A DNA stretch of 64,000 nucleotides from a virus, in IMG/VR virus record IMGVR_UViG_3300040786_000066; one strand, given 5' to 3'. Positions 7,460 through 19,806 of this stretch are shown piece by piece. A model generated the notes under the pieces. The model was not told the origin of the DNA and did not search any database. It saw only the letters and a list, made by a program, of their open reading frames with translations. The position numbers were made by a program, and so were the translations under genes. Position 1 is the first letter of the stretch; each line of letters opens with the position of its first letter.

Positions 7460-8770
7460 AATAACGGCTTGAGCGAAACGTGGGCCGTGGTTCAAAGAAT
7501 ATACAACACTAGTCCTGGAATTCCTGGCAAGCCTATGAAGATAGGAACTTGGTAGAGGATAGAGGCACGTAATCCTTCATATTGCATCGGTACAAATAAA
7601 CAAAACCGAGCCGCACAACACCGTGATTCTTTTAGATAACGGAATATGATTGACTACAACCGGAGCACGGATTCAAACTAACTGTACTGTGTCGAACAGG
7701 ATGAAATCGATTGATGCTAGCCGTAAGGCAACTAACATCTTGTTGCATTTAAAAGGGACAAGAAATGATAGGGATTCTGCAGGATCCAGCTATTGAATAA
7801 GGGTAAGAATAATATCCCCTTAGAACCTCGCTGACACCAGCCAAGTCAGGAGAACAAATCGGGTGGCATCCCTCTAAGCATAAGGAGAACAACAATGCGC
7901 ATTAGCATAAGGTGTACAACAATGCAAGTACTGTCGGCCAGCCATGTCAGCTTGGACCCAAAGTTGGAGTTGATAACTTTGCCGGCAAGTACTTTAACCA
8001 TGCTGAAAAGCAATTGCAAGGAGACTATTAGGTACGTCTTCCCAGAGTAACGTGTGCCAACACCCTGGGTATCTTAGGTCAAGGATGCAATACTTTTCAT
8101 AAAGTCTATAATCTGCGATAACAGAATGAATACATCAACCGCGCAACAAGGCGAGTTTAGTTTTTAGTATGTGAGCGGTAGACACAACTACACACAACAA
8201 ACAAAGATTGCTACTTAAGCTAGTTTATGAACAGCGACTCTGACTCGGGCATCTAATGTACCGGCTAACCTTACAGAGAAAAGGTGTAATCCCTTGCCAG
8301 TATGATTTTAGGCAAATGCAAACTTCGTCAATGTTCCTTAGCGTTCGGGTATTAAGTATAAGATAGCATAAGCCTAAAAGTTGTTGGCATTAGGGCATCA
8401 AGGGATTGATGTGATGAGCTGTAACGGAACTCAGCAGGCAGGTTCGATTCCTGTTAGCCTCACTATTTTAACAACATCCAACGCTCAAAGGAATTAAGAG
8501 GGCAGGCGTTATAGTGACCCGCCGAGAATGAATGGTCACTGAATTTCTAAGTAGTAATGGTCATCTTAAGATACCTGAGTAGAGTGAGTAGTAAGAGTGG
8601 TGCCTATATGGTATTTCTGAAATGAACGTAGTAGCTCAAAAGGCAGATGGACTCAATAGAGAAGATTATTATTGAATTTGCGTGTTCGTTCAGTCCAGTT
8701 TGCATAGCAGGATCGCGCACGTTAAAACTAAGGTAGGAGCAGTCATCAAGTATGGTGATTGTCTCCCTTT
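7460..8770 (+). ncRNA. giant structured RNA, GOLLD-like, with an embedded tRNA-like element (~8393-8462)
   Basis: About 1.3 kb with no ORF of 60 aa or more on either strand. Many helices, e.g. AAGTACTGTCGGC/GCCGGCAAGTACTT, AAAGTT/AACTTT, CCCAG/CTGGG, AGTGACC/GGTCACT, TGGACT/AGTCCA. Ends in a terminator-like hairpin. The class assignment is from recall only. Confidence 0.55.
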
Positions 8771-8798
8771 TGTATACTAAGAACTAACAACAACTAAC

Positions 8799-9161
8799 AT
8801 GGAAGAGTATGTAGATTACCTGAAAGGGAAAATTCAAGAATGCGAGCTGGAAGATATGCACGTATCTGTGTCTGTTTACAAAGAAGTACTAAATACTTAT
8901 TTAAGTTTCCTTGATGCCGCCAAGCTGAAAGCATCGTTACATAATAAAGTAGGCATAGTTACAGCAGGCTCAAGACAATTTGGTAAAGCTGCCAGATTTG
9001 CAGAGCTCTATGGTATGATGAAACCTGCAGTTCACATCATGGTGGGCAGCAAAGAGATGCATGACAATATGGAAAAAGCACTTATTGATGCTGTAGAGCA
9101 TGTAAAGAATGCACCTATTCAAGGAAGATTTACAGACGCTTTTGAAAAGAACGCGGTATGA
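8799..9161 (+). CDS. hypothetical protein
   Basis: Intact 120-aa ORF preceded by a CAACAACTAAC leader. Confidence 0.65.
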   Translation: MEEYVDYLKGKIQECELEDMHVSVSVYKEVLNTYLSFLDAAKLKASLHNKVGIVTAGSRQFGKAARFAELYGMMKPAVHIMVGSKEMHDNMEKALIDAVEHVKNAPIQGRFTDAFEKNAV

Positions 9162-9533
9162 GCATAAACGAGTCCATGGCAAAAGACAACAGTATAATGA
9201 TTACTGCTCTTCCAAAGATGACAAAGCCTCTACTCCCGTTGGATAAATATGGCCAACCGCTTGAATTACCTAAATCCAAATACCACAAATAATCATGAAC
9301 AGCAAATTTATAGGTTACGTAGCAGGGTTGTTGGTAATAGACAGGCAAATGAAAAAATGCTTGGCTGTTGTAAGAACAGCTGGCCACCAGAAAAGAACAT
9401 CAAGCAAGTCTAAGCTGAAGCAGAGTAAGCCGGCGACTAATGCAAATTACAAGAGCACTAAACCGATGAAATCTAAGTCGACCTCGCAATTTCGAAACAA
9501 GTCAAATATCTAACAACAACTAAACTAAGAAAA

Positions 9534-9752
9534 ATGGTAAAGAAAAACACCTCAATTGAATTGGCCGTAGCGCTAATGTTAAAAGGCATGGCTTATATGT
9601 TGTGCATATTAGTTTGTGCAATGTTCCTTCCTTTTATTGTCAGCCTTATCGGAGTGACATTTGTAAAAGAGCTCACATTGGATGAAGCAGTAAGCTCTCC
9701 ATTGTTTATCGTTTTCACAGTAATTGGCGGATTTATATCCTTTTTGTGTTAA
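9534..9752 (+). CDS. membrane protein
   Basis: Two hydrophobic segments. Confidence 0.55.
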   Translation: MVKKNTSIELAVALMLKGMAYMLCILVCAMFLPFIVSLIGVTFVKELTLDEAVSSPLFIVFTVIGGFISFLC

Positions 9753-9828
9753 TGTCAGCTCTTGAAGAACAAACAAAACAAGAGCGCGCTCAAAGAATCA
9801 GTAATTCTATTAAATAGCATGTAGGAAA

Positions 9829-9859
9829 TTTGTACTAATTTATTATATTCGTAAGTTGC
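9829..9859 (+). promoter_or_regulatory. Bacteroidota sigma-A-type promoter candidate
   Basis: TTTG-N19-TAAGTTGC; one T short of the TAnnTTTG consensus, possibly a homopolymer error. Confidence 0.45.
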
Positions 9860-9883
9860 GGTACTAATCGACAAGCAATAACC

Positions 9884-10300
9884 ATGAAAGAAATAAATAA
9901 AGACATTGTAAAAGAAACATCAAATAGGCTGTTGGGATTATGTGAAAACAATCCGGCAGCCTATAAATGTATGATAGAGCTGCTGTCTTCTAATAGACGT
10001 ATCGATCCCAGTAACGGTTTTGGACCGTTAGGGGCTGTAGTAACATTACACTCCTCAGGCATAAAAGGCAACAAAATAAATCTGTTGTTCAACTCAATAT
10101 GTCAAGGCAACATTGCCAGACTAATAGCCATTTTAAGAGCTGTACAGTTGGGGTTGATCTGTAAAACAGAGGTTCACCAAGCAATGTCTATATGTGAAAA
10201 CTCCAAGGAAGAAGCTCTTGACGTAAGAAACATTTATCATAAAGTCAAAAAATACTTGGCACTCAACTTTGACATAAAGAACGAGGCCAGGTTCACCTAA
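9884..10300 (+). CDS. hypothetical protein (tandem paralog 1)
   Basis: Shares the ID-P...G..G..I..LF..IC..N.AR..A.LRA.QLG pattern with the next gene. Confidence 0.7.
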   Translation: MKEINKDIVKETSNRLLGLCENNPAAYKCMIELLSSNRRIDPSNGFGPLGAVVTLHSSGIKGNKINLLFNSICQGNIARLIAILRAVQLGLICKTEVHQAMSICENSKEEALDVRNIYHKVKKYLALNFDIKNEARFT

Positions 10301-10310
10301 AACCAAACAA

Positions 10311-10694
10311 ATGGCACACATAGAAAGAATAAACTGGACAGACAGCGTGCCCGATGCGGTAGCTAAAATAGCGGAAGGGAACATCGGGGCGGCAGTATGC
10401 ATTATGGACCTGATGAAACACTCAGAAGAAATAGACCCTTTGAGTTACCTAAAAGTAATAGGACCCGTTATGCTGTTAGACAGCCTTGGGATATATGGAC
10501 CAAACGTATGGGTAATATTCAAAGACGTCTGCGAACAGAACCATGCAAGAATGCTCGCAGTGCTGCGTGCCACACAGTTGGGCATGCTTTCAAGCGAAGC
10601 ATTGTTGGAGGTTTCAAACAGGCAGTACAGAAATGAAGGAAAAGTAAAAAATAGACGTTGCCGAATTATATTTCAAGGTGAAAGACTTTCTTGA
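10311..10694 (+). CDS. hypothetical protein (tandem paralog 2)
   Basis: Paralog of 9884-10300; the 3' end is probably shifted by an indel. Confidence 0.7.
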   Translation: MAHIERINWTDSVPDAVAKIAEGNIGAAVCIMDLMKHSEEIDPLSYLKVIGPVMLLDSLGIYGPNVWVIFKDVCEQNHARMLAVLRATQLGMLSSEALLEVSNRQYRNEGKVKNRRCRIIFQGERLS

Positions 10695-12314
10695 AGACTT
10701 CGACCCCAACAACAGGGCCGATTTACATAGATAGACCACAGGGACCTGTAACAAAGCAACTTCCAAAATTACAAGGGTCTTTAAAAGCCCTTTTTAATTT
10801 AACAACTAACCAACTATGGAAGTAGCAATTAACCATGTGATAGCGATAGCTGAAAAATCACGAGAATGGAGGTCCTTGAGAAGATTCATTAGGCCTTGGA
10901 GTACATAAAAATAATTCTGTCCTGTTTGATAAGAAAAACAGAAGCCACTATTTTTATATCGAATACAACAAGAAATTCAAAACAGCTGTAGTAGCAATAT
11001 TTATCAAAGAATCTTTAGTGCAGCAAATAGCCATCAAGGCTCATTTCTTAAGAATATCCGGATACGATATTGCAAGCAGGCTAGAGATCGTAGGCAAAGA
11101 AACTATTACTGACGAAGAAATCAGAACAAATTACATCACCCTTCCTCATTTCGTAACACTGAAGGATGAAATCATGAGAACGTTACAAAAATAAAGACCA
11201 ATAAACCCTAACAACAAAAATCATGTTAAAAAACATCAAGAATTCCGGAGCAACTAAAGTATTGACAGTTGTAGTATTATTATCATTAGGCAAAGAATCT
11301 ACTCAAAGAGAGTACAAAATTGCTTTTGCTGAAAATGCAATAGTTGACGAACATGCAGAAGCTGTTAAAGTAGCAACGGCTGCTAAGAAAAGTATACTAG
11401 TATTATACGTCTTGAGGTAACACGTCAGTGTTCACCAGCGTATTGGCAACAACAGAAGTATAATAAAACAAAATCCCCTAAGCAAAGAGCGAAGGGGTTT
11501 TATATAAATCAAGCAGTGAGCCAACGTTAAAGTAAAAGACCAATAATGCTTTAACAACAGTAATGATAAATAAACAGAGTAAATAAACAACATTTATTTT
11601 AATTACACAAGCGGATCAGCTTAAATCTTACTCCCATGGCTCATATTAATACAGAAAACAAAGTAGATGCCCTTATTTTATCTAGAAGAGCTAGCCAAAA
11701 CCAAAATTCACAAAACACTGCAACCTTAAAGGAAGCCTTACATGAATTCATAGGTACAGCTTACATAGTCCAAAAGATTGGGGATACGGAGAAATACCGA
11801 TGTACAAAGAAATGCATAAGATTACAGATATTACAGTAAAAAATGGAGTAGTCTATTTTTTATCAGAGGTAATGCTCATAGAAAATGATATCAAGACAGG
11901 GCACATCAGTGTGAGTAGAAGCTCCCAGGAAGTGTTACCAGTCGTGTATGAAAAAAGCACAGAGCTCTCAGGTATATTTTACGAGGAAATAGTTATGTAC
12001 TATAATAAATCCTTAAGTAAAATGTTCAAAGACTTGAATGACATGATTACAGATCAGCTTGTCATAGGAAGACAGAAAAGCCATCAAAAACGGAACAGTA
12101 AAATAAGTCGAAAGACTCTAAAACATACAACATGCAAGATACTTTAATAGTTATTTTGTCTTTTGTTCTACCCAATTTTCATAGGAGGTATGTTATTTTT
12201 ATTAAGTTTTCTCATTTCTAAGAATACAAAATCAAGCTTAGAAGAAGGATTTAGATTAACACAAATAATGTGGGTAGTGCTAGCAGTAGCAGTACTAATA
12301 TTTCTATTCAGCTC

Positions 12315-12485
12315 ATGATAAAATACGAGTACAAAAAAGAGACGTTAATAGAAAGCACGATAGAAAATCGATTAAACGATTTAGGAGGAAAAGGTTGGGA
12401 GCTAGTATTGCTTATGCCAATACCACTTAGAGCCAGCCTTGACGCTTTATTTACAGGATATTTTAAAAGGATCAAAGATTCTTAA
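12315..12485 (+). CDS. DUF4177-like small protein
   Basis: KYEYK...LNDLGGKGWELV motif. Confidence 0.6.
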   Translation: MIKYEYKKETLIESTIENRLNDLGGKGWELVLLMPIPLRASLDALFTGYFKRIKDS

Positions 12486-14022
12486 ACCAAACACAGTTGG
12501 GATAGCAATATCCCGTTGTCGTTGTTAGTTCAAAGGGCGGCTAGTTACCGCCCTTTTATTTTTAACCTATAAACCATAGAAAAATGGATGCAATTGAATT
12601 CAATAAAACTCTTTCTGAAGCTCATTCGATAAGCTCAAAGCTGGAGCACCAGAAAAAATGCTTACTGAATGCCGAAATATGGGCTTCGAAAAGCATACTA
12701 CTGTTAAATTACTTCACTGTAGTTTGAACTCTATAAATGAAGACGAGTATACAATACTCAAAGAAGTTTCGAAAACGTGTTGGCCTTAAGAGTTGACGTG
12801 CTGAGAAAACAGCTTAGTAAATTCACAATCAGTAAAGACACAGATGAGTAATTACAGTCTAATAGAGCTGCAGTTTTCTGATATAGAGATGATCGATTTC
12901 CTTTCAAACCACGGTGTAGTGGTACGAAAAGAAGAACGTCGTTTTGCAGACGAGCACAGCATTCAAAGACAACATAGAAAGTCAGGTACTAAGATGCCAG
13001 AACCAGAATACTTCGAAAAGAAGTGTTTGTTTTGTATGTCAACAACATAGAGATTCTTTGCGATGACGAAGAGTTCGTTTATGATAAAGAGCGTTTACTG
13101 CCCATCTTATTTACCAGGCAGTTGAAAAACAGTTATTAACCCTATAATTTTCAGCAAATGAAATACAAAGGCATCGTAGGGGCATGGAAGAAGACAGAGG
13201 TAAATACGCCTGCTGTTAAGTTACTATCCATAGTCACTGATACAAAAGAAAACACAGAAGTGATTGGTCTCATGTTTTACCCAAGCATGAAATCACCGAT
13301 AAAGAAAGAGCTACGGCTCAAATGATTGCAGCATCTCATCAAATGTACTCAGCCCTTAAAGCGCTTGTAGATTTGAAAGAATGGAAAAATGTGCATGGAA
13401 AAGACAGCACATACACTCTTAATAGAGACATTGTATGGGCAAAGGCAGAATATGCGCTCGAGCTGGCTTTAAATTTCAAAAGTAATGGTAGTCGAAGGAT
13501 TTGCGCTATATTTTTTAATAGGCATGCAATTTATGATCATAGCTACTATGAGCGCTAAAGGGTACGGTATCTTTCTAGGTATGGTAGCAGCATTGATATC
13601 TTGGTTTACTTCTCCATTATTAGTATTATTATTATGTTTATTCCTTGTTCCAGCCCGTAAAGGGAGTTTCTGGGACGCTGATTAAGTAAGGACGTCGGTG
13701 TGTTAAGGGTTTTCATACCGATATCCTTTCACAGCAACAAAAGTATTAACAACAACTAACAACAACTACCATGGAAAATTCAAAAAAGACGAGTTTACTC
13801 CAATATTATCTGATATCATAAGAATGATGGTAATGACAAGACTAGGGCTTGCAAAAGAAGAAAATAGACCGATACTTGCAATGAATATATTAACAAAAAA
13901 TAAAGGCATATCAACAGAAGATCGCTTGTCTTTGTTAATAGCAATGCCTGTAATACTTGACAAAATAAACAGGACTCTTAGTGATGAATCTATCCAAGAT
14001 TTAAAAGACGCTATAGAAGAGA

Positions 14023-14448
14023 GTGGAGAGCGCTAAAGACTTCATAAATGAAATGATGGTAGAGGAAATAGACGGCAAAGAATTTGTTGAAGCAGCCTTA
14101 GCACATAAGAACAGAATCGAAAAATTAGAGGATTTAAGAGGTCGTCTTGTAGATCAAGCAAAAAAACAAGTAGGAGACCAAGTGACTATATGCCACAAGT
14201 TACTTACTAATATGCTTGTTACTTCTGATGGAGTTCAAATGCCTAGTAAAAGCCGTGACATAGCAGCTGTACCCGAATTAATGGGGCTCAAAGCAACCGT
14301 AGTTTCTATAAACAACACAACCCATTCTTACCTATGTGGCGGATGTGCTAATAATCACCTGGCAGATGTTAGAATAGCTTTTGAAGACTTTAACATGGAG
14401 TTTTATATCGATAATGATTTCATAATAGCTGTAGAAAATGAAGATTAG
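14023..14448 (+). CDS. hypothetical protein
   Basis: 141-aa ORF with a CGGC motif. Confidence 0.55.
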   Translation: MESAKDFINEMMVEEIDGKEFVEAALAHKNRIEKLEDLRGRLVDQAKKQVGDQVTICHKLLTNMLVTSDGVQMPSKSRDIAAVPELMGLKATVVSINNTTHSYLCGGCANNHLADVRIAFEDFNMEFYIDNDFIIAVENED

Positions 14449-17349
14449 TAAAATAAAACCTCGAGAACCTAGCCTCAAATTTTTTCTGGAAGAAGATGGG
14501 AAAATAGAAATAGTTCCTCAAGATATTAATGGTATACATAGACTAGCTCAATTTTTGCTAAACAGATTTGTAAAAGCGTTCTTTTGAATCCACTCTAAAG
14601 GAAAATTTGAATTCATCAATGAAATTCTTCAAGACGATCTCAATAAAAATATGGACATAGAAGACTCAATACCGGCGCTCGCCAGTGCAATTATCAGTGT
14701 CTATGATATACGTAAAAATATTGTCAACAACGAGCTCAAAGGAAGAGACCTGAAACACGTAGAATATGGTATAATGAAGGAGCTAGAAAACGTTTGGAAT
14801 ATGTACAGCAAAAGATTGTTTCAGCTTAATAATCGAACTCAAAAGCGGTATAAGCAAATAAAACCCATATATTTGCAAAAACATATAGAAGGGTATACTT
14901 ACAAGATACTTTTCTAACTCAAGCTTAACCATTAATCTAAATAAATAAATCATGCAATTAAACCAAGAAGTTATCGTAGTTTTATCATAGCAGTATCGCT
15001 AGCAATGGCCGGAATATTTATTTTGTCTATGTATTTTCAAGCATTCATGAAAAACAAAAAAAAGAATTTAAAATAAAAGTTGTTTTAAATCCTAAACCGC
15101 TTGTAGTAGAAAATGGTATACAAAGACCACCGATTGTAGCAATAACGCCAAGCGGTGAGCCCATGGATCCATTTACTGAGCAAGCACAGTCAGACAACTA
15201 CAACAATTCTCCTGCAATAGATATGACCAGAGGAGGTGTATTTGAAAATGGACAAGAAGGAATCATAGCTATAGATATTCAAGATGGATACGACAAGTTT
15301 AACGATAACGTAAAAAATACTTTCGACAGCTCTCAAGACCTAAACATTACTATAAACGAAGATGTCTTTACTTCTAATAATGAAAGTCAAGCGCAAGCTG
15401 AGGGTAATGGACTGTTTGAAAAGATTTTGTAGCTCAACCAGACCTTACAGAAATAGGCAAAACTGGGAACAGTTTGATGTTATAGATCGTCTAGGTGCTT
15501 TCGAGATGTATTCTCCAACAGCTGACATATTCAAATGGAGGCTTGATGAAAAAAGCGGTTTAATACTTAAAAGCAATGCTAATTACCTTTCAGAACTGAC
15601 ATGTAGAAACGGCATATTATCTGCTTTGAGTAGACTAAGCAATAAAAGTCTAAAACGATCCTTTAGTTATATCCTTCACACAAGATTTCGGGTACAGAAT
15701 GCTGCTCAAAGCAGTAAATGGAAAACACCTGGCTTATGGAGAATACTTTGACAACGAGGAATCAGTGAAAGAAGCAATAGTTAAAGCTGTAATCATATTA
15801 AAAGACAACCAGTTGTTACTGAAAAATAAACTAAAGCAGCTTTAATCAGGCTGCTTTCTTATTAACTAACTTTTCCACACCTACATGGAACCATTCAAAC
15901 CACGAACTAAGATACTTCTAATAGTTGGAGCATCTAAGATCACATTCTCTGGAAACAAAGAGATGCTCAAATAGCCACACTAGCCAATGGCGCAGAGGTG
16001 AGAGCAAATAAGCTATCAACAGCATTCCGATTCAAAGCCGAAGGATACAGACCTATCGAAATAAGTTTCGACGATATCAGAGCACAAAACTTCAAATTAA
16101 CACTTCAATCTAAGTAATATGAGCCATATGATAGAAGGAATACAAGTCACAGAAGATCACATAGGGGATCCGGTAACTTACATACCAAACCATGCAAAAG
16201 GTGACGTTAATCATTCAGACGTAGAACATGGAACGATATCATCGTTCAATGAAAGCTGCCTGTTTGTGAGATACAGATCAGCATGCGGGAGAGCACTCCG
16301 ACGAACCTATTAGTATGGGGATAATACCAGCTCAAAAATAAAATACAACCTACATCAAATGAACAAAGAAATTATACATCAAGCGGCACAAGCTCACGCA
16401 GAAAAATCTTTTATACAACCATTGAACGCTCAAGGAGAAGTAATGTCTATACCTACTGGGCATACTGTTCCGTACGGCTACAGAAAGCATTGCAAATTGG
16501 CTGAAAACATTTTAAAGCCGGAGTACTTTGGTATCAAGAACAACAGCTTAAACCAGCTGCAAAGCCTTTGATTAAAAAAGAATCTAAGACGTGGTTCAGT
16601 GTAAACTGCTGGCCTCTAAAAAGAAAATAATTTATGAAATTATACGAAACAGAAAGTCTATCAGAAAAACAAAGAGACAAATTAACCAGCTATTTTAAAC
16701 TCGCAAAAAAATTAAAAGAATTTCAAAATGGTTGCACTCCTCTTGTTATGATAGCCCTATTCGGAGAAAAGAAGGAGACAGATTATGGGTATCTTTGCAG
16801 GCAAATGTGATAGAAACGCTGATATGTGGCTTACTTACTTGTGCTCAGAACAAAAGATATATTCTGGGTACAAATAGTGAAATACGAAAATCTTTGCAAA
16901 GGGATAAAAGAATATGGAGAAATATAAACAGACAACACTATGTATAATATATCAGCAAGAAGAGCAACTGAGTCAGATTATGGCTTAATCACAAAAGACA
17001 ACAAACCTTTAGAGTTTGAAACAGAGCAAGGAGCTAGAAAATGGGCATCGGCTAACATAGAAGCTAAGAAAAGTATGATTGTAAGCTGGTCTATAATAAG
17101 AGCAGAAGTAACTAACGCTGACAAGTAAAGTTATGGAGTACTGTGGGACAATAAGAATATCAAACCCTAAAACGCTGCAAAGCTGGATAGATAGGGGCTG
17201 GTATCAAAAAGTCTATCTGAAGGCTACATATTTAACGTAGGTTGCGGAAGATTCAAAACAGAGAAGTGTACCTGCTCAGCTTGTAGAACTAGAAAAGACC
17301 GGAGCTATCTAAAATAGTAAATAAATTTAATAATTTAAATATCAATAAT

Positions 17350-17623
17350 ATGGAAAATGGATTGAATTTCGGAAAGCCATTGAGGCTGCTAAGGCAGGCA
17401 AAAGAGTGGCAAGAGCAGGATGGAACGGAGCAGGAATGTTCGCATACATAGTTCCTGCATCACAATATCCTGCTATTACAGGCGTTGCAAAAGAATATTG
17501 GGAGAAGGAAACTTTGTACCTTATCGCGCATATTGGGCTCTTAAAACTGCTCAAGAAGACGTAGCAACCTGGGCTCCTTCTGGAAGCGATTCTCTCGCTG
17601 AAGACTGGTCAATACTAGACTAA
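17350..17623 (+). CDS. DUF2829 / Tad2-like anti-defence sponge candidate (two apparent indels)
   Basis: Reconstructed [26 protein letters not shown]...YWALKTAQEDVATWAPSGSDSLAEDW. Confidence 0.8.
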
Positions 17624-18382
17624 TGAGCAGAAGAGGAGAACCAGTGAAACATACCTGTCCGGACATTGACAGGTTGATCAAAACAGTGACAGAGATAGTC
17701 GCTGGTATGAATTTCTGTAAAGAAGAAGATACCATGGAAGACACGCTATCTTTAATGTCCGACTGGAAAGCAGAATTAGAAAGCTTAGGCATAGGTAAAT
17801 GGTCTGAACTTGAAACATTAAGAAACTCAAATCACTCTTTAAGAGAGTGGGGAGTTGAGATGTATGAAGATGCAGAAAATATGGAAAAGAACGGGATGAT
17901 TTCGAAAACAAATTAGCTGATCTATCAAACGAAAAGAACTTTTAGTAGAACAAATTGCTAGTAAAGAATTTGAAATTGAAAACCTACAAGAAACTATAGT
18001 TGATTTAAACGATAAATTAGTGAATAATGGATTCTAAAACATCAGCTACTGATAGCAGCAAAAGTTCTGGAATACGCTTTCCGATAAAAGCCGCACTCTT
18101 ATAAAACCGGTCACTGGGACGGTATGATGTCAGATGAGATCCTCTTCCAAGACGCTGACGGTAATAATTTCATTGGCACATGTTATCAAGGATTTATGGA
18201 CGGCAGTGAATTCTGTTGCTTCTATGATAGAAGTGACTACGATGTTTGCTCCGTAGTAGTTTGGGCAGAGATACCGGACGTAATAGAAAACAAGAAGGTT
18301 TACTCACAGGTAACAACAGACAAAGAGCATAAAAAATTGATGAAAGTATTATACCCAAAAAACAACAAATAAAACTAACAAC

Positions 18383-18750
18383 GTGAAAAAACTATTATTG
18401 CTACTGCTTGCACTAACTATGCTAAGCTCTTGCGGATCATCGAGATACGCCAAACTTAAGGAAGAGAACGAGAGACTCTCTGATGCCCAAGGTATGAGTG
18501 ATTCAGATAAAGGATATACTACTTATTCTGCTACTTATAAATCTGACGGAAATCTAGTTAGAAACATAGGCGGCAGCATCATAGCCAAAGCAGTAAACAG
18601 ACAATCAAAGGCTGTTTCTTTTACATACATCTAGATAACAATAAAGAAGTACGTTGGGGAACAAGCAGAAAAAAGTATGATGCCAAAGATATAGGCGACC
18701 GAGTCTTCTTTGATTATATAGGTAAATACAGGTTCAAAACAAATATTCTA
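18383..18750 (+). CDS. putative lipoprotein
   Basis: MKKLLLLLLALTMLSSC signal peptide and lipobox; the end is uncertain because of an indel. Confidence 0.55.
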
Positions 18751-19030
18751 AACCGGTAATGGAAAATATCATAAACAAATTAGGCCATTCTAGGTTGCTA
18801 GAATATTTCTTGATTATGTGGATAGTTACGTTAGTAGCTATTAAATTAATCGATCGATCCATGTACTACATTTTAGTACTAACTGAAAAACAAAAAGAAC
18901 TGGAAAAATACAGTGGTTTTGCTTTGGCTTTACCATAATATTAAAATTTGAGTAATAATGCTCTTCTTGATAGTATTTTATATAATGTTCAAAAAGACTT
19001 AGTTGATTTATAACTACAAACAAAAAAGAT

Positions 19031-19284
19031 ATGCCAATAGTAAAACAACCATCTAAATTAATAACTGCTTCAGGTCACAAAAGTTTTCTAAACAAGAAAC
19101 TGCAGTTTTCAAATTATTATTAGAAGAAAATAAAGCTTCAGAAATAGCTAAAATAATGAGGCTTGATGAAAACCATCGGTACCTACAAGCTACGGCTGCT
19201 TCAAAAAACAGGGCTAAAACTATTATAGGGCTGTATTTATTCAATGAAAAATACAAACTTGTCTCTTTAAAACAACCTGCATAA
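19031..19284 (+). CDS. stand-alone LuxR/GerE-type HTH protein (indel-split)
   Basis: Reconstructed SKQETAVFKLLLEENKASEIAKIMRLDEKTIGTYKLRLLQKTGAKTIIGL. Confidence 0.65.
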
Positions 19285-19710
19285 CCATGTCAGGCCATTT
19301 ATCAACAGAAGAGCTTTATTTAAAGCCGAAATAGATGCAATAAGAAGAAAGGATTATGCTTTTCATAGAGTTTTAGAGGCAAACAAAATAAAGTTCAAAA
19401 GAACAGGGGAACCATTGTGCTAGACGGTATGGTGGTATACGAAGATCTTCAAGTTTCTTTCGGCAGTCCCAAGACGTATCAATACAATCTTGAGACACTA
19501 AAAGAAAAGTAAGCTCAAATACAGTATTAAGTATAAAAGCTAAGTTTATAGGTGCAAACAGCCTAGGTTACATAACAGGTTTGAATTACATCTTAAATGT
19601 ACTTCCATCTAGTGGTATAACTATATGCAGAAAAGATGGATCAGGTAAATGCGTTTACCAATCCCTAACAGCTTTTCTTGTAAACTGGGATAGCATAGAA
19701 AAATAACAAG

Positions 19711-19806
19711 CGGGAAACCACAAGATCAAGCTAGCCTATAAACGGGGATGCGTGGGAGGATGATAAATAAACACTGTCTGATAAGGGTTCGAATCCCTTT
19801 TCCCGT
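19711..19806 (+). ncRNA. degenerate tRNA-like RNA
   Basis: CGGGAAA/TTTCCCG acceptor and AAGGG-TTCGAAT-CCCTT T-arm; no canonical D or anticodon arm. Confidence 0.5.

Noticed and set aside
8411-8432. Hammerhead ribozyme core (TGATGAG...GAA)
   Set aside because: CUGAUGA and GAAA are both imperfect, and stems I and III are not evident.
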